From the NCBI GenBank assembly GCA_050050035.1, contig JASFVB010000003.1:1-39904 (forward strand): a stretch of 39,904 bases of DNA, in the 5' to 3' direction. A model generated the notes under the pieces. It saw nothing but the letters and a program-made list of their open reading frames with translations, had not been told where the DNA came from and did no database searches. The position numbers were made by a program, and so were the translations under genes. Shown here piece by piece: positions 19,475-29,051 of the stretch; the first letter of the stretch is position 1; each line of letters begins with the position of its first letter. The stretch comes from Acidimicrobiia bacterium. Lineage in GTDB: Bacteria; Actinomycetota; Acidimicrobiia; Spongiisociales; ZC4RG35.

Positions 19475-20337
19475 CAGCCCTGAGGAGAGGAGGTGAGCTC
19501 TTTGGCGGCCTTCTCGATGTCCGTCTGGTACTTCAACAGGACGTGAAGCGTGTCACCGAGCACCTCCTCGTCCACTTCGTTCACGGAAAGCGCGAGCAGG
19601 GTGCGTGCCCAGTCGATGGTCTCCGAGACCGAAGGCGCCTTCTTGAGGTCGAGACTGCGGATCGACCTAGCCACCTTCGCCACTTGACTCGCCAGGTGCT
19701 CCGACAGATTGGGCACACGCGCGCTGAGGATCCTCTGCTCCCGCTCGGCGTCCGGATAGTCGATGTGCAGGAAGAGACATCGGCGTTTGAGGGCCTCGCT
19801 CAGCTCGCGGGTGTTGTTCGACGTGAGGAACACGAGAGGATGTGTCGTGGCACTCATCGTCCCCAGCTCGGGGATGGACACCTGGAAATCGCTGAGGATC
19901 TCGAGCAGCAGCGCCTCAGTCTCCACTTCCACGCGATCCACCTCGTCGATGAGGAGGACCACCGGCTTGGCAGACCGAATTGCCTCGAGAAGCGGTCGGG
20001 TCAGCAGGAACTCCTCGGCGAAGATGTCGTGACTGATCTCGTCCCAGTCGTGGTCGACGTCGGACTGGATGCGCAGGAGCTGTTTCTTGTAGTTCCATTC
20101 GTACAGGGCCTTGGCCTCGTCGAGACCCTCGTAACACTGGAGCCTGATCAACTCCCGCCCCGTGGCGGCTGCTGTCGACTTGGCCAGCTCCGTCTTGCCC
20201 ACGCCCGCAGGGCCCTCGACCAAGACCGGCTTCTCCAGTGCGTCGGCGAGATACACGACTTGGGATATCCGTGAGTCGGCCAGGTAGTCGACCGCCGCGA
20301 GTGCGTCGACCACGGCTTGCGGGCTTTCGAGGCTCAT
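19474..20337 (-). CDS. MoxR family AAA+ ATPase, CoxD-like
   Basis: VEGPAGVGKTELAK Walker A, RLQCYEGLD, LLIDEVDR Walker B, TSNNTRELSEALKRRC; coupled to the VWA gene (TGATG). Confidence 0.93.
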   Translation of the reverse strand: MSLESPQAVVDALAAVDYLADSRISQVVYLADALEKPVLVEGPAGVGKTELAKSTAAATGRELIRLQCYEGLDEAKALYEWNYKKQLLRIQSDVDHDWDEISHDIFAEEFLLTRPLLEAIRSAKPVVLLIDEVDRVEVETEALLLEILSDFQVSIPELGTMSATTHPLVFLTSNNTRELSEALKRRCLFLHIDYPDAEREQRILSARVPNLSEHLASQVAKVARSIRSLDLKKAPSVSETIDWARTLLALSVNEVDEEVLGDTLHVLLKYQTDIEKAAKELTSSPQG

Positions 20338-20457
20338 CTGTCTCCCATGCTGAACCAACACAGTCTACGGGCCCGTCGAAATGACCCCCAGCCAACGTGA
20401 GATCACGACTCTGCGGAGTTAGCCTGGACTGTCCGTGCGCATGGAAACGGGACCACA

Positions 20458-21789
20458 GTGCGAATAATCATCGTGGGTGCCGGGGCGGTTGGGTCCTACC
20501 TCGCGGAACGTCTGTCGTCGGGTGGCGAAGACGTGGTCGTCATCGAGGACGACGAGAGGCGGGCAAGCGAGCTCCAGGAGTCCATCGACGCGCTCGTCCT
20601 CCATGGCAACGGCGCCAGCATCCACATGCTCGAAGAGGCGGGAGCCGCCGAGACCGATCTGCTCATCGGAGTCAGCGATTCCGACGGCGTGAACGTCCTG
20701 GCATGTCATACGGCGTCTCAGCTCGGAGCCAAGACGACCATCGCCCGCATCGAGGACGGTGAGCTGAGAGAGGGCGCCGACCGGCTCGGCGTCGACATGA
20801 TCATCGATCCGTCAGCAAACGCCGCCGAGGAGTTGGTCGGGATCGTTGGGCTCGGAGGAGCCAGCGAGCTCATCTACTTCGCCGAAGGGAAGCTCGTGAT
20901 GGTTGGCGGCCTCGTCGGGCCGAACAGCCCGATGACCCGGGGACCATTGCGTCATCTCAGGATGCGTGAGGCCGAGTGGGGCTGGGTCGTTGCCGCGCTC
21001 GTTCGTGACGGTCGGACCATTGTCGCCCACGGCGACACCGACGTCAGGCCCGGGGACCATGCACTGCTGATGACCACGTCGGATCACGCCGATGACGCAA
21101 CGCGTCTGATCGGTGTGAAGAGACGTCATCTGGACCGGGCGATAATCATCGGCGGCACGCGCTTCGCCCAGATCACAGCCGATGTGATGGCCGAAGCCGG
21201 GTTGTCCGTCGTTCTCGTCGACCAGGACGACGCCAAGTGCAACTATCTGGCCGCCCGTCATCCGGGGACTCTCGTCATCTGCGGTGATCCCACCGACCCC
21301 GAGGTTCTCACCGACCTCGATCTCGGCCCGAAGGACGTCGTCATGGGTCTGACGGGATGGGACGAAGTCAATCTCCTCGGCTGCCTCGTCGGCAAGGCGA
21401 GTGGCGCCGGAATGGCCATCTCCCGGTTCAACCGCATCGCCTATGTCGGTCTACTCGGCGGTCTCGGCGTCGACGCTGCGGTCTCCTCACGTCTGATGGC
21501 CGCCTCGGCGATCCTCCGCTTCGTCCGCCAAGGTGAGGTAGAGCAGGTTGCGACCTTCTCGGACACCGACGCCGAGGCGATAGAGATCGAGGTGGCGCCC
21601 GAATCGGAAGCTGTCGGCAAGTCGCTGCTCAACCTCGGGCTCCCAGTTGGAGTCATCATCGGCGGCATCTCCCGCAACGGCACGACCTTCGTCCCCGACG
21701 GGTCGACGGTGGTGCGCGCCGGGGATCACATCATTTTCTTTGCGCTGCCCCGCGATATCACGGAATCGTCAGCACTCTTCACGGCATGA
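20458..21789 (+). CDS. trkA: Trk system potassium uptake protein TrkA
   Basis: IIIVGAGAVG RCK_N, duplicated RCK_N/RCK_C architecture, 443 aa, upstream of trkH. Confidence 0.92.
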   Translation: MRIIIVGAGAVGSYLAERLSSGGEDVVVIEDDERRASELQESIDALVLHGNGASIHMLEEAGAAETDLLIGVSDSDGVNVLACHTASQLGAKTTIARIEDGELREGADRLGVDMIIDPSANAAEELVGIVGLGGASELIYFAEGKLVMVGGLVGPNSPMTRGPLRHLRMREAEWGWVVAALVRDGRTIVAHGDTDVRPGDHALLMTTSDHADDATRLIGVKRRHLDRAIIIGGTRFAQITADVMAEAGLSVVLVDQDDAKCNYLAARHPGTLVICGDPTDPEVLTDLDLGPKDVVMGLTGWDEVNLLGCLVGKASGAGMAISRFNRIAYVGLLGGLGVDAAVSSRLMAASAILRFVRQGEVEQVATFSDTDAEAIEIEVAPESEAVGKSLLNLGLPVGVIIGGISRNGTTFVPDGSTVVRAGDHIIFFALPRDITESSALFTA

Positions 21790-23279
21790 GCTCGAACGCC
21801 CTGCCGACGGGCGCTCCACCGGCCAGAAGCCTCCTCAAGACCGTCGCATTCGTCCTCGGCTCGATACTGCTGTTCCTGGCCCTGGCGATGTTGAGTGCGA
21901 CCGTGGTGGCTCTGCTCTACCAGGAGTACGACACCGCGCTGGCGATCTTCATCTCGGCCCTGATCACAGGAGTGGTCGGCTACACCTGGCGCAGATGGGT
22001 CCGGAGACCCTCCTCGATCACCGTCAAACAGGGCTTTGCCACGGTCGGCCTGGGCTGGTTCGTCTTCTCGCTATTCGGCGCACTCCCCTACCTGACCAGC
22101 GGGGCGATAGCCAATCTCACCGACGCCGTCTTCGAGACCGCCTCGGGCTTCACCACCACGGGCGCATCCATCCTCGTCGACCCCGGTGTATTGAGCCACG
22201 GTATCTCGTTTTGGCGCGGCCTCACGCAGTGGCTCGGTGGCATGGGTGTGATCGTCCTCGGCGTTGCCATCCTCCCCCTGCTGGGCACAGGTGGCATGCA
22301 GCTGGCTCGTGCCGAGTCGCCGGGCCACACACCCGACCGTCTCACCCCGAGGTTCCAAGAGACCGCAAAAAGGCTGTGGATCGTCTACGCGGGGATAACG
22401 GTCATCGAGGTCGTGATGCTGGCTGCCGGAGACATGACCGGGTTCCAGGCCATCATCCACTCCTTCACGACGATGTCGACGGGCGGGTTCGGGACGGAGG
22501 CCACTTCAATCGCCGGATTCAGCGTGTACACGCAGTGGGTGGTGACGGTCTTCATGTTCGTGGCCGGAGTGTCGTTCGCCCTTCACTACCGGGCCCTCAC
22601 CAGACCCCGTGAGTACCTGCGCAACTCTGAGTTCGGTCTCTACACACTCATAGCGCTCGTGGCGGTGGTGATTGTGGCCGGTGGTCTGCTTCAAGACCAT
22701 GAGCCGGCTCAGGCAATCCGCGATGCTGCCTTCAACGCGGTCTCCATCGCCACCACGACCGGCTATGCGTCTGCCGACTTCGGCACGTGGAGACCCGCCT
22801 TGCAGATCATGATGGTCGGGTTGATGTTCGTCGGTGGGATGGCCGGATCGACCGCCGGTGGCATCAAGACGTTCCGGATCGGCATCCTCAGCAAGGCTGC
22901 CTACGCCGATCTTCGCCGTCTTGTCCACCCCAGGGGAATCTTCGTCACGAGGTTCGGGGAGAACAGAGTCTCCGAGCCCGTCATCGAGGCGGTCCAATCG
23001 TTCTTCCTGTTCTACATGTTCCTGTTCATGACGTCGACGTTCATCCTCGCCTTCATCGACGCCAACCTCTCCGAGGGTCTCGACCTCGTCACCGCCACGT
23101 CGGCGGTGGCGGCGTCACTCGGGAACATCGGGCCGGGTCTCGGTCAGGTCGGCCCGGCCGCCAACTACGCGGCGCTGCCCGACCTCGCCAAGTGGCTGCT
23201 GTCCGGCCTGATGATCGTCGGACGGCTCGAGATCTTCCCCGTCCTCGTCTTGTTCACCAAAGACCTCTGGCGTCGCTGA
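21786..23279 (+). CDS. trkH: TrkH family potassium uptake membrane protein
   Basis: Pore loops FTTTGAS, STGGF, TTTGY, GNIGPG; QWLGGMG, GSTAGGIK, GRLEIF. Confidence 0.95.
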   Translation: MSSNALPTGAPPARSLLKTVAFVLGSILLFLALAMLSATVVALLYQEYDTALAIFISALITGVVGYTWRRWVRRPSSITVKQGFATVGLGWFVFSLFGALPYLTSGAIANLTDAVFETASGFTTTGASILVDPGVLSHGISFWRGLTQWLGGMGVIVLGVAILPLLGTGGMQLARAESPGHTPDRLTPRFQETAKRLWIVYAGITVIEVVMLAAGDMTGFQAIIHSFTTMSTGGFGTEATSIAGFSVYTQWVVTVFMFVAGVSFALHYRALTRPREYLRNSEFGLYTLIALVAVVIVAGGLLQDHEPAQAIRDAAFNAVSIATTTGYASADFGTWRPALQIMMVGLMFVGGMAGSTAGGIKTFRIGILSKAAYADLRRLVHPRGIFVTRFGENRVSEPVIEAVQSFFLFYMFLFMTSTFILAFIDANLSEGLDLVTATSAVAASLGNIGPGLGQVGPAANYAALPDLAKWLLSGLMIVGRLEIFPVLVLFTKDLWRR

Positions 23280-23299
23280 CACCCCACCCCGGGTTCGGC

Positions 23300-25189
23300 T
23301 CAGATCGGGACCTGGATGCCGACCTCCATGACACGGTCGTGCGGGAGACCGAAGAAACGGGCCGCGTTGGCGGCGTTGCGATGCATGAAGGCGAAGAGAT
23401 GCTCGCGCCACTTCGCCATCGAAGGGAGCTCGGTGACGAGGACGGACTCCTTGCCGATGAAATAGGTGGCCTCGGTGGGATCGAATCCGAATGCCGGGTT
23501 GACGATGTTCTCCAAGGCCGTGGGAACGTCGGGCTCCTGCATGAACCCGTAGGTCAACACGACTTGGACGAAACCCTCCCCGAGCTCGTGGATCGTCGCC
23601 CGCTTCGCCTGCGGCTCGCGTGGCCGCGTCGTGGTTCGGATACTCACCAGCGCGATCGTCTCGTGTAGAACCTCGTGATGCTTCAGGTTGGTCAGCAGCG
23701 TGGGGGGTGTCACCCCTGGCTCAGGGAACAAGTAGACACCAGTCCCGGCGACCCGGGTCTGTGGGTGCTCGACGATCGATTGGATGAACCGCTCGATGTG
23801 CAGCTGGGTCTTTCGGATCTTCCCGGACATGATCGTTCGTCCCCGTTCCCACGTGGTCATGATGGAGAAGCCAACCACGGCGATAGCGAGCGGGAACCAG
23901 CCGCCCGAGGGGACCTTGGTGATGTTGGCTCCGAAGAACGCCAAGTCGAGGATCAAGAACAACGTGGTGAGTGCGATCACGGGCGGCGCCCGCCATCGCC
24001 AGTGGCTTCGCATCACCCGATACAACAAGAGGGTCGTGATCACCATGTCCGTCGCCACCCCGACTCCGTAGGCCGCAGCCAGATTGCTCGACGAGCCGAA
24101 GCCAAACACGAGACCCACTGCTGCGATCATCAGCAGCCAGTTGATGCTGGGAACGTAGATCTGGCCGAACTGACGGGGAGAGGTGTGGTCGACCTGCTGT
24201 CTGGGCAGGAGACCCAACTGGATCGCCTGAGACGTCAGCGAGTAGGCGCCCGATATCAGGGCTTGGGAGGCGATCACCGTCGCCAACGTCGCCAACACCA
24301 CCAACGGCAGAACCGCCCAGTCGGGTGCCAGAAGATAGAAGGGGTTCTCGATCGCACCCGGGTCGTTGATCAGCAGGGCTCCCTGACCCATGTAGTTGAG
24401 GACGAGCGCCGGGAAGACGAACGTGACCCAGCCAAGTCTTATCGGGCGCTTCCCGAAGTGACCGATATCGGCGTAGAGAGCCTCGCTTCCGGTGACCACC
24501 AAAAAGACGCCACCGAGAGCGAGAAAGGCGAAGAGTGGGCGCTCGGCTATCAGACCCAAGCCACGGCTGGGGTTGATCGCGGTGAGGACGCCGGGCTCCT
24601 CGAGGATCTCCAGGAGCCCCAGCACCCCGAGCACACTGAACCAGAGCACCATGATCGGCCCGAAGAAGCTCCCCAAGGCGGACGTGCCACGGTGCTGCAC
24701 CATGAACAGCCCGACCAGTATGACCGCGGCGATCACGAGCACCCACGGTTGAAGCCCTGGAACGGCAACCTCCAGACCCTCCACTGCGGAGAGCACCGAG
24801 ATGGCGGGTGTGATCATCCCGTCGCCGTAGAGAAGGGCCGTGCCAAACAGACCGACACCCACGAGCACCAACCTGCCTGGCGACTTCTTCGTGTGACGGA
24901 TGATCAACGAGGTCAGGGCGAGAATCCCACCTTCTCCGTCGTTGTCGGCCCGCAGGACGAATGTCAGGTACTTGATCGAAACGACCAGGACGAGGGCCCA
25001 GAATATGAGGGAGAGGACACCGAGGACGCTTTGCTCCGTGACCTCCAGACTGGCTACCGCAAAGGACTCCCGAAGCGCGTAGAGAGGACTGGTCCCGATA
25101 TCCCCGTACACGACACCGAGCGCCCCCAACGTGAGCAACGCAAGGTATTTGGGATTGACTGCTTCTTTGTGGTCTTGGGCTTGCGACAC
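23300..25189 (-). CDS. kup: KUP/HAK/KT potassium transporter
   Basis: GVVYGDIGTSPLYA, ADNDGEGG, YGDGMITPAISVLSAVEGL, EALYADIGHFG, GQIYVP. Confidence 0.96.
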   Translation of the reverse strand: MSQAQDHKEAVNPKYLALLTLGALGVVYGDIGTSPLYALRESFAVASLEVTEQSVLGVLSLIFWALVLVVSIKYLTFVLRADNDGEGGILALTSLIIRHTKKSPGRLVLVGVGLFGTALLYGDGMITPAISVLSAVEGLEVAVPGLQPWVLVIAAVILVGLFMVQHRGTSALGSFFGPIMVLWFSVLGVLGLLEILEEPGVLTAINPSRGLGLIAERPLFAFLALGGVFLVVTGSEALYADIGHFGKRPIRLGWVTFVFPALVLNYMGQGALLINDPGAIENPFYLLAPDWAVLPLVVLATLATVIASQALISGAYSLTSQAIQLGLLPRQQVDHTSPRQFGQIYVPSINWLLMIAAVGLVFGFGSSSNLAAAYGVGVATDMVITTLLLYRVMRSHWRWRAPPVIALTTLFLILDLAFFGANITKVPSGGWFPLAIAVVGFSIMTTWERGRTIMSGKIRKTQLHIERFIQSIVEHPQTRVAGTGVYLFPEPGVTPPTLLTNLKHHEVLHETIALVSIRTTTRPREPQAKRATIHELGEGFVQVVLTYGFMQEPDVPTALENIVNPAFGFDPTEATYFIGKESVLVTELPSMAKWREHLFAFMHRNAANAARFFGLPHDRVMEVGIQVPI

Positions 25190-25229
25190 CTGAATCCGCC
25201 GTCCTGGTCGAGCGAGCCTAGACCTCCCG

Positions 25230-26480
25230 CTACTCCTCCTCGTAGATGTCCGGGGTAAATTCGAACGTCAGGTCACCGATGCGAACCTCGTCACCCTCCA
25301 CGGCTCCAGCCGCGGCGAGGGCGTCGTCGACTCCGAGACGGGCAAGACGTTTGGAGGCGAGATCGGCCGCGTCCATGAGGGTGAGATCCGCAAATGACAC
25401 CGCGCGCTCGACCGCTCGCCCCCGGACCCGCCACGCCCCGTCTTCCTTGGTGAGTGTGAACGACCGCCCGAGCGGCCGGTGCAAGATGTAGCCGCGTCGC
25501 TCCGGGGCCTCCCTCTCCGCCGTCTCCACGAGGTCGGCGATCGCGTGCAGCGCCTCGGGCACACCGTCCCCGGTGACGGCGGACACGGACATGACACCCA
25601 TGCTCTCTGCAGTCTCGGAAGCACCGGCAAGGTCGTTCTTGTTGACGAGGACGATCCTCGGTCGCGTGGCGAGCTCGAGCGAGTAGTCCTCGATCTCTCG
25701 CATGAGGATCTCCAGTTGCGCCGTCGGTGGGCTCGGCTGTGTCTCCGATGGATCGAGGAGAATCACCAGGACACGGGCTCGTTCGGTGTGGCGGAGAAAC
25801 TCATGCCCGAGACCCTTTCCCTCGGCTGCACCCTCGATGAGGCCGGGTATGTCCGCCAGCACGAACTCCCTCCCGTCGAAGCTCACGACGCCGAGATTCG
25901 GCTCCAGAGTCGTGAAGGGGTAGTCCGCGATCTTGGGAGTGGCTGCCGACACGCTGGCGATGAAGGTCGACTTCCCCGCGTTCGGGAATCCGATCAGCGC
26001 GGCATCCGCCAAGAGCTTCATCTCCAGGGTGAACCACTCCTCACTCCCGTACTCGCCTTGCTCTGCCATCGCCGGTGCCCGGTTGGCCGGGCTGACGAAG
26101 GCTGCGTTCCCCAAGCCGCCCCTACCACCAACGACCACCGTGACCTCCTGGCCCTCGGTGACGAGGTCGGCGATGAGCGTGCCGGATTCGTCGCGAACCA
26201 CCGTCCCCAGTGGGACCGGCAGGACGAGATCGGCGCCGTTCCTGCCGTGCCGGAGGTCTCCTTCACCGTGCGTGCCGCTCTCGGCTGAATGATGAGGCTT
26301 TCGCTGGTACCTCAGCAGTGTGGCTACCGACGGGTCCGCTCTGAGGACCACCGAGCCCCCCGAGCCGCCGTTGCCACCGGTTGGCTTGCCCTTGGGTTTG
26401 CCTTTGGCGCGATGGAATGCCGCGACGCCTGCGCCACCGTCGCCGGCTCGGAGACTGACTCGGACCCGGTCAACGAACAT
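25230..26480 (-). CDS. obgE: GTPase ObgE/CgtA
   Basis: MFVDRV, Gly-rich Obg fold, GFPNAGKST, YPFTT, DIPG, NKND, C-terminal OCT domain. Confidence 0.97.
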   Translation of the reverse strand: MFVDRVRVSLRAGDGGAGVAAFHRAKGKPKGKPTGGNGGSGGSVVLRADPSVATLLRYQRKPHHSAESGTHGEGDLRHGRNGADLVLPVPLGTVVRDESGTLIADLVTEGQEVTVVVGGRGGLGNAAFVSPANRAPAMAEQGEYGSEEWFTLEMKLLADAALIGFPNAGKSTFIASVSAATPKIADYPFTTLEPNLGVVSFDGREFVLADIPGLIEGAAEGKGLGHEFLRHTERARVLVILLDPSETQPSPPTAQLEILMREIEDYSLELATRPRIVLVNKNDLAGASETAESMGVMSVSAVTGDGVPEALHAIADLVETAEREAPERRGYILHRPLGRSFTLTKEDGAWRVRGRAVERAVSFADLTLMDAADLASKRLARLGVDDALAAAGAVEGDEVRIGDLTFEFTPDIYEEE

Positions 26481-26517
26481 GACCGGTGGAGTTGATCCAC
26501 CTTCCCCGAAGGGAAGG

Positions 26518-26775
26518 TCAGATCGCCTCGTCTACGACCGAGACGAGGCGGCGATTGTTGCGTACGCCGTACTTGACGGTCCCAGCCGTCGTGGCGAAGA
26601 GGGTGTCGTCACCTCCCCGAGAGACGTTGTCGCCCGGGTGAATGCGGGTTCCGCGCTGACGAACCAGGATCGCGCCAGCATTGACGAACTCTCCGTCGAA
26701 CACCTTGGACCCGAGTCGCTTCGCATGCGACTCGCGACCGTTCTTCGATGAGCCGCCTGCCTTTGTCTTTGACAT
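26518..26775 (-). CDS. rpmA: 50S ribosomal protein L27
   Basis: [31 protein letters not shown]. Confidence 0.97.
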   Translation of the reverse strand: MSKTKAGGSSKNGRESHAKRLGSKVFDGEFVNAGAILVRQRGTRIHPGDNVSRGGDDTLFATTAGTVKYGVRNNRRLVSVVDEAI

Positions 26776-26778
26776 GGT

Positions 26779-27225
26779 CTACTCCTCTTCCTTGGCCGCG
26801 GTCTTCGTCTTCTCAGCTGCCGGCTTCTTCGCTGCCGGCTTCTTGGCGGCGGACTTCTTCGCTGCGGGTTTCTTCGCAGGCTCGTCCTTGGACGCCGTCT
26901 TCTTCTTGGCGGCCGCGGGGAGCTTGATGCCGGTGATCTCGATTCTGGTGTACTTCTGGCGGTGCCCTTGACGCCGGCGATACCCCGTCTTGGCCTTGTA
27001 CTTGAAGATGTCGATCTTCTCACCGGCGGTCTCCCCGAGCACCTTCGCCGTCACGGATGCCTTGGCGAGAGCAGCCTTGTCGGAAACGGCGTTGCCATCG
27101 TCGTCGACAACCAGTAGTGGCGAGAACGTCAGCTTCTCGTCACCGCTCTTGATGCGCTCGACTTCTATCACGTCACCTGACGTGACTTTGGCCTGTTTGC
27201 CACCGGCGCGGATGATGGCGTACAT
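26779..27225 (-). CDS. rplU: 50S ribosomal protein L21 with Lys/Ala-rich C-terminal tail
   Basis: MYAIIRAGGKQ, KYKAKTGYRRRQGHRQ. Confidence 0.97.
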   Translation of the reverse strand: MYAIIRAGGKQAKVTSGDVIEVERIKSGDEKLTFSPLLVVDDDGNAVSDKAALAKASVTAKVLGETAGEKIDIFKYKAKTGYRRRQGHRQKYTRIEITGIKLPAAAKKKTASKDEPAKKPAAKKSAAKKPAAKKPAAEKTKTAAKEEE

Positions 27226-27263
27226 GGGAAAACCTCTCCGGAGAAGGGGGAAGACCGCTCTGA

Positions 27264-27291
27264 ATGCTACCTACTCGAGGTGACTCGGCAA
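27264..27291 (-). promoter_or_regulatory. Putative sigma70 promoter for rplU-rpmA-obgE
   Basis: Minus strand TTGCCG-N16-TAGCAT upstream of rplU. Confidence 0.4.
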
Positions 27292-27300
27292 ACCCGTCAC

Positions 27301-28872
27301 TCAAGCCTCGATCTCTGCCGCTGCCGCCTCGGCAGGGTTGGGCGTGGGGCTGACCGTCTCGTCGATGATGACGCCGCGGCCCGCACAGTGCTCACACTTG
27401 TGGGAGAACTGCTCGAGCAACCCCGCAGACACGTTCTTCCTGGTCATCTCAACCAAGCCGAGGTGAGACACCTCGAAGACCTGAGTACGGGTCTTGTCCT
27501 TTGCCAGAGTCTCTTTGAGCCGTCGTAGCACTTTCTGTTGGTTCTCGACGCTCTCCATGTCGATGAAGTCGATCACGATGATTCCACCGATGTCACGCAG
27601 ACGAAGCTGCCGACCGATCTCCTCGGCGGCCTCGAGGTTGTTCTGGAGAACCGTCTCTTCGAGAGTGCTCGAGCCGACAAACCGCCCGGTGTTGACATCG
27701 ATGACGGTGAGCGCCTCGGTTCTGTCGATGACGAGATGGCCACCGGAAGGCAGAAAGACCTTTCGATCGAGCGCCTTCTTCAGCTGGTCGTCGACGTGAT
27801 AACGATCGAACAGAGCGATCTCGTCCTCATAGTGCTGCACCTTGCTCACCAAATCGGGAGCGGTTGCCTGGAGGTAGGAGATGACCGTGTCGAACGACCT
27901 CTTGTCGTCGATGAGGAGCTTGCGGAAATCTGCCGTGAAGTGCTCACGGATCACCTTGATCAACAGCTCCGGCTCCTCGTGGATGAGCCGAGGGGCAGCC
28001 CCTTCATCGGCCTGTTCCCTGATCGCAGCCCACTGCTTGGTGAGTCTCGAGATGTCGGCGGCGAGCTCCTCGGCTGACGCATGCAGAGCGGCCGTCCGGA
28101 CGATGACGCCAAACCCTTTGGGGCGGACTTCGTTGATCACATCGCGAAGACGGTTGCGGTCGGCGTCGGGGAGACGACGGCTGATGCCCACACTCTCCGA
28201 ATCGGGCACGAGCACCAGGTAGCGCCCTGGCAGTGACGGCATCCCGGTGAGACGAGCGCCTTTGGCGCCCATGGCGTCCTTGGTGACCTGGACGAGGACC
28301 TTGTCCCCCTCTTTGAGGACTTCCTCTATCCGCTTGCCGCCGCGCCCCCCGTTTCTGCGTGACCCGGGCGTGACATCGGAGGCGTAGAGAACGCCGTTCT
28401 TCGACGCTCCGAAGTCGAGAAAGGCGGCTTCCATGCCGGGCAGGACATTGCGCGCGATCGCCAGATAGATGTTCCCGGCAACCGAGTTTGTGTCGTCCTT
28501 TGCCACATAGTGCTCAACGAGGACCGGACCTTCGAGGATCACGATCTGGGTCTGAGATCTGTTGGCGCTGACCAGCATCTGTTTCCGAGCCGACTCGGTG
28601 GGGACGATTATCTCGTCGTCGACGGGGCGTCGTGACCTCGTGCGCGAGGTCGAGATGCCGCTCCTGTTCGGCGACGAGCCCTTCTTCGATTTCGAGCGCT
28701 TCTTGGAGCCGTTGCTCCCCTTTGCCTTTTTGCCTTTGTTGGGCGCCGGTGCCTCGACACGGCGCACCTCGACCCTCTGGCCTTTGACGAGCACGGTCTT
28801 GTGCTCCTCTACGGTGCCGCCCGCGGACGATTTGCGGACGATCTCTGGGCCCTTCCGGCGGAATAGAGCCAT
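27301..28872 (-). CDS. rne: Rne/Rng family ribonuclease
   Basis: GNIYLA, LPGMEAAFLD, VQVTKD...KGARLT, IDVNTG, LRDIGGIIVIDFIDM, CEHCAGRG Zn link; GAGGAG RBS. Confidence 0.95.
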   Translation of the reverse strand: MALFRRKGPEIVRKSSAGGTVEEHKTVLVKGQRVEVRRVEAPAPNKGKKAKGSNGSKKRSKSKKGSSPNRSGISTSRTRSRRPVDDEIIVPTESARKQMLVSANRSQTQIVILEGPVLVEHYVAKDDTNSVAGNIYLAIARNVLPGMEAAFLDFGASKNGVLYASDVTPGSRRNGGRGGKRIEEVLKEGDKVLVQVTKDAMGAKGARLTGMPSLPGRYLVLVPDSESVGISRRLPDADRNRLRDVINEVRPKGFGVIVRTAALHASAEELAADISRLTKQWAAIREQADEGAAPRLIHEEPELLIKVIREHFTADFRKLLIDDKRSFDTVISYLQATAPDLVSKVQHYEDEIALFDRYHVDDQLKKALDRKVFLPSGGHLVIDRTEALTVIDVNTGRFVGSSTLEETVLQNNLEAAEEIGRQLRLRDIGGIIVIDFIDMESVENQQKVLRRLKETLAKDKTRTQVFEVSHLGLVEMTRKNVSAGLLEQFSHKCEHCAGRGVIIDETVSPTPNPAEAAAAEIEA

Positions 28873-28989
28873 TTGTTCTCACTCCTCTGAAATGTCGTGG
28901 CGATCCCTGACCTGGAGGGACGCGACCAAAAAGAATCGAATGCGGGAGACGCAGCGAATGAGGAGCTCGGAACGTCTTCCGACCACATC

Positions 28990-28998
28990 AGGATAACA
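28990..28998 (-). promoter_or_regulatory. Putative extended -10 (TGnTATCCT) for rne
   Basis: Minus strand TGTTATCCT about 118 nt upstream of the rne ATG. Confidence 0.35.
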
Positions 28999-29051
28999 GA
29001 ATCGGGGCTCGACACGTAGGTCTGCCGTCGAATGAGACCGCGAAAACCGAA

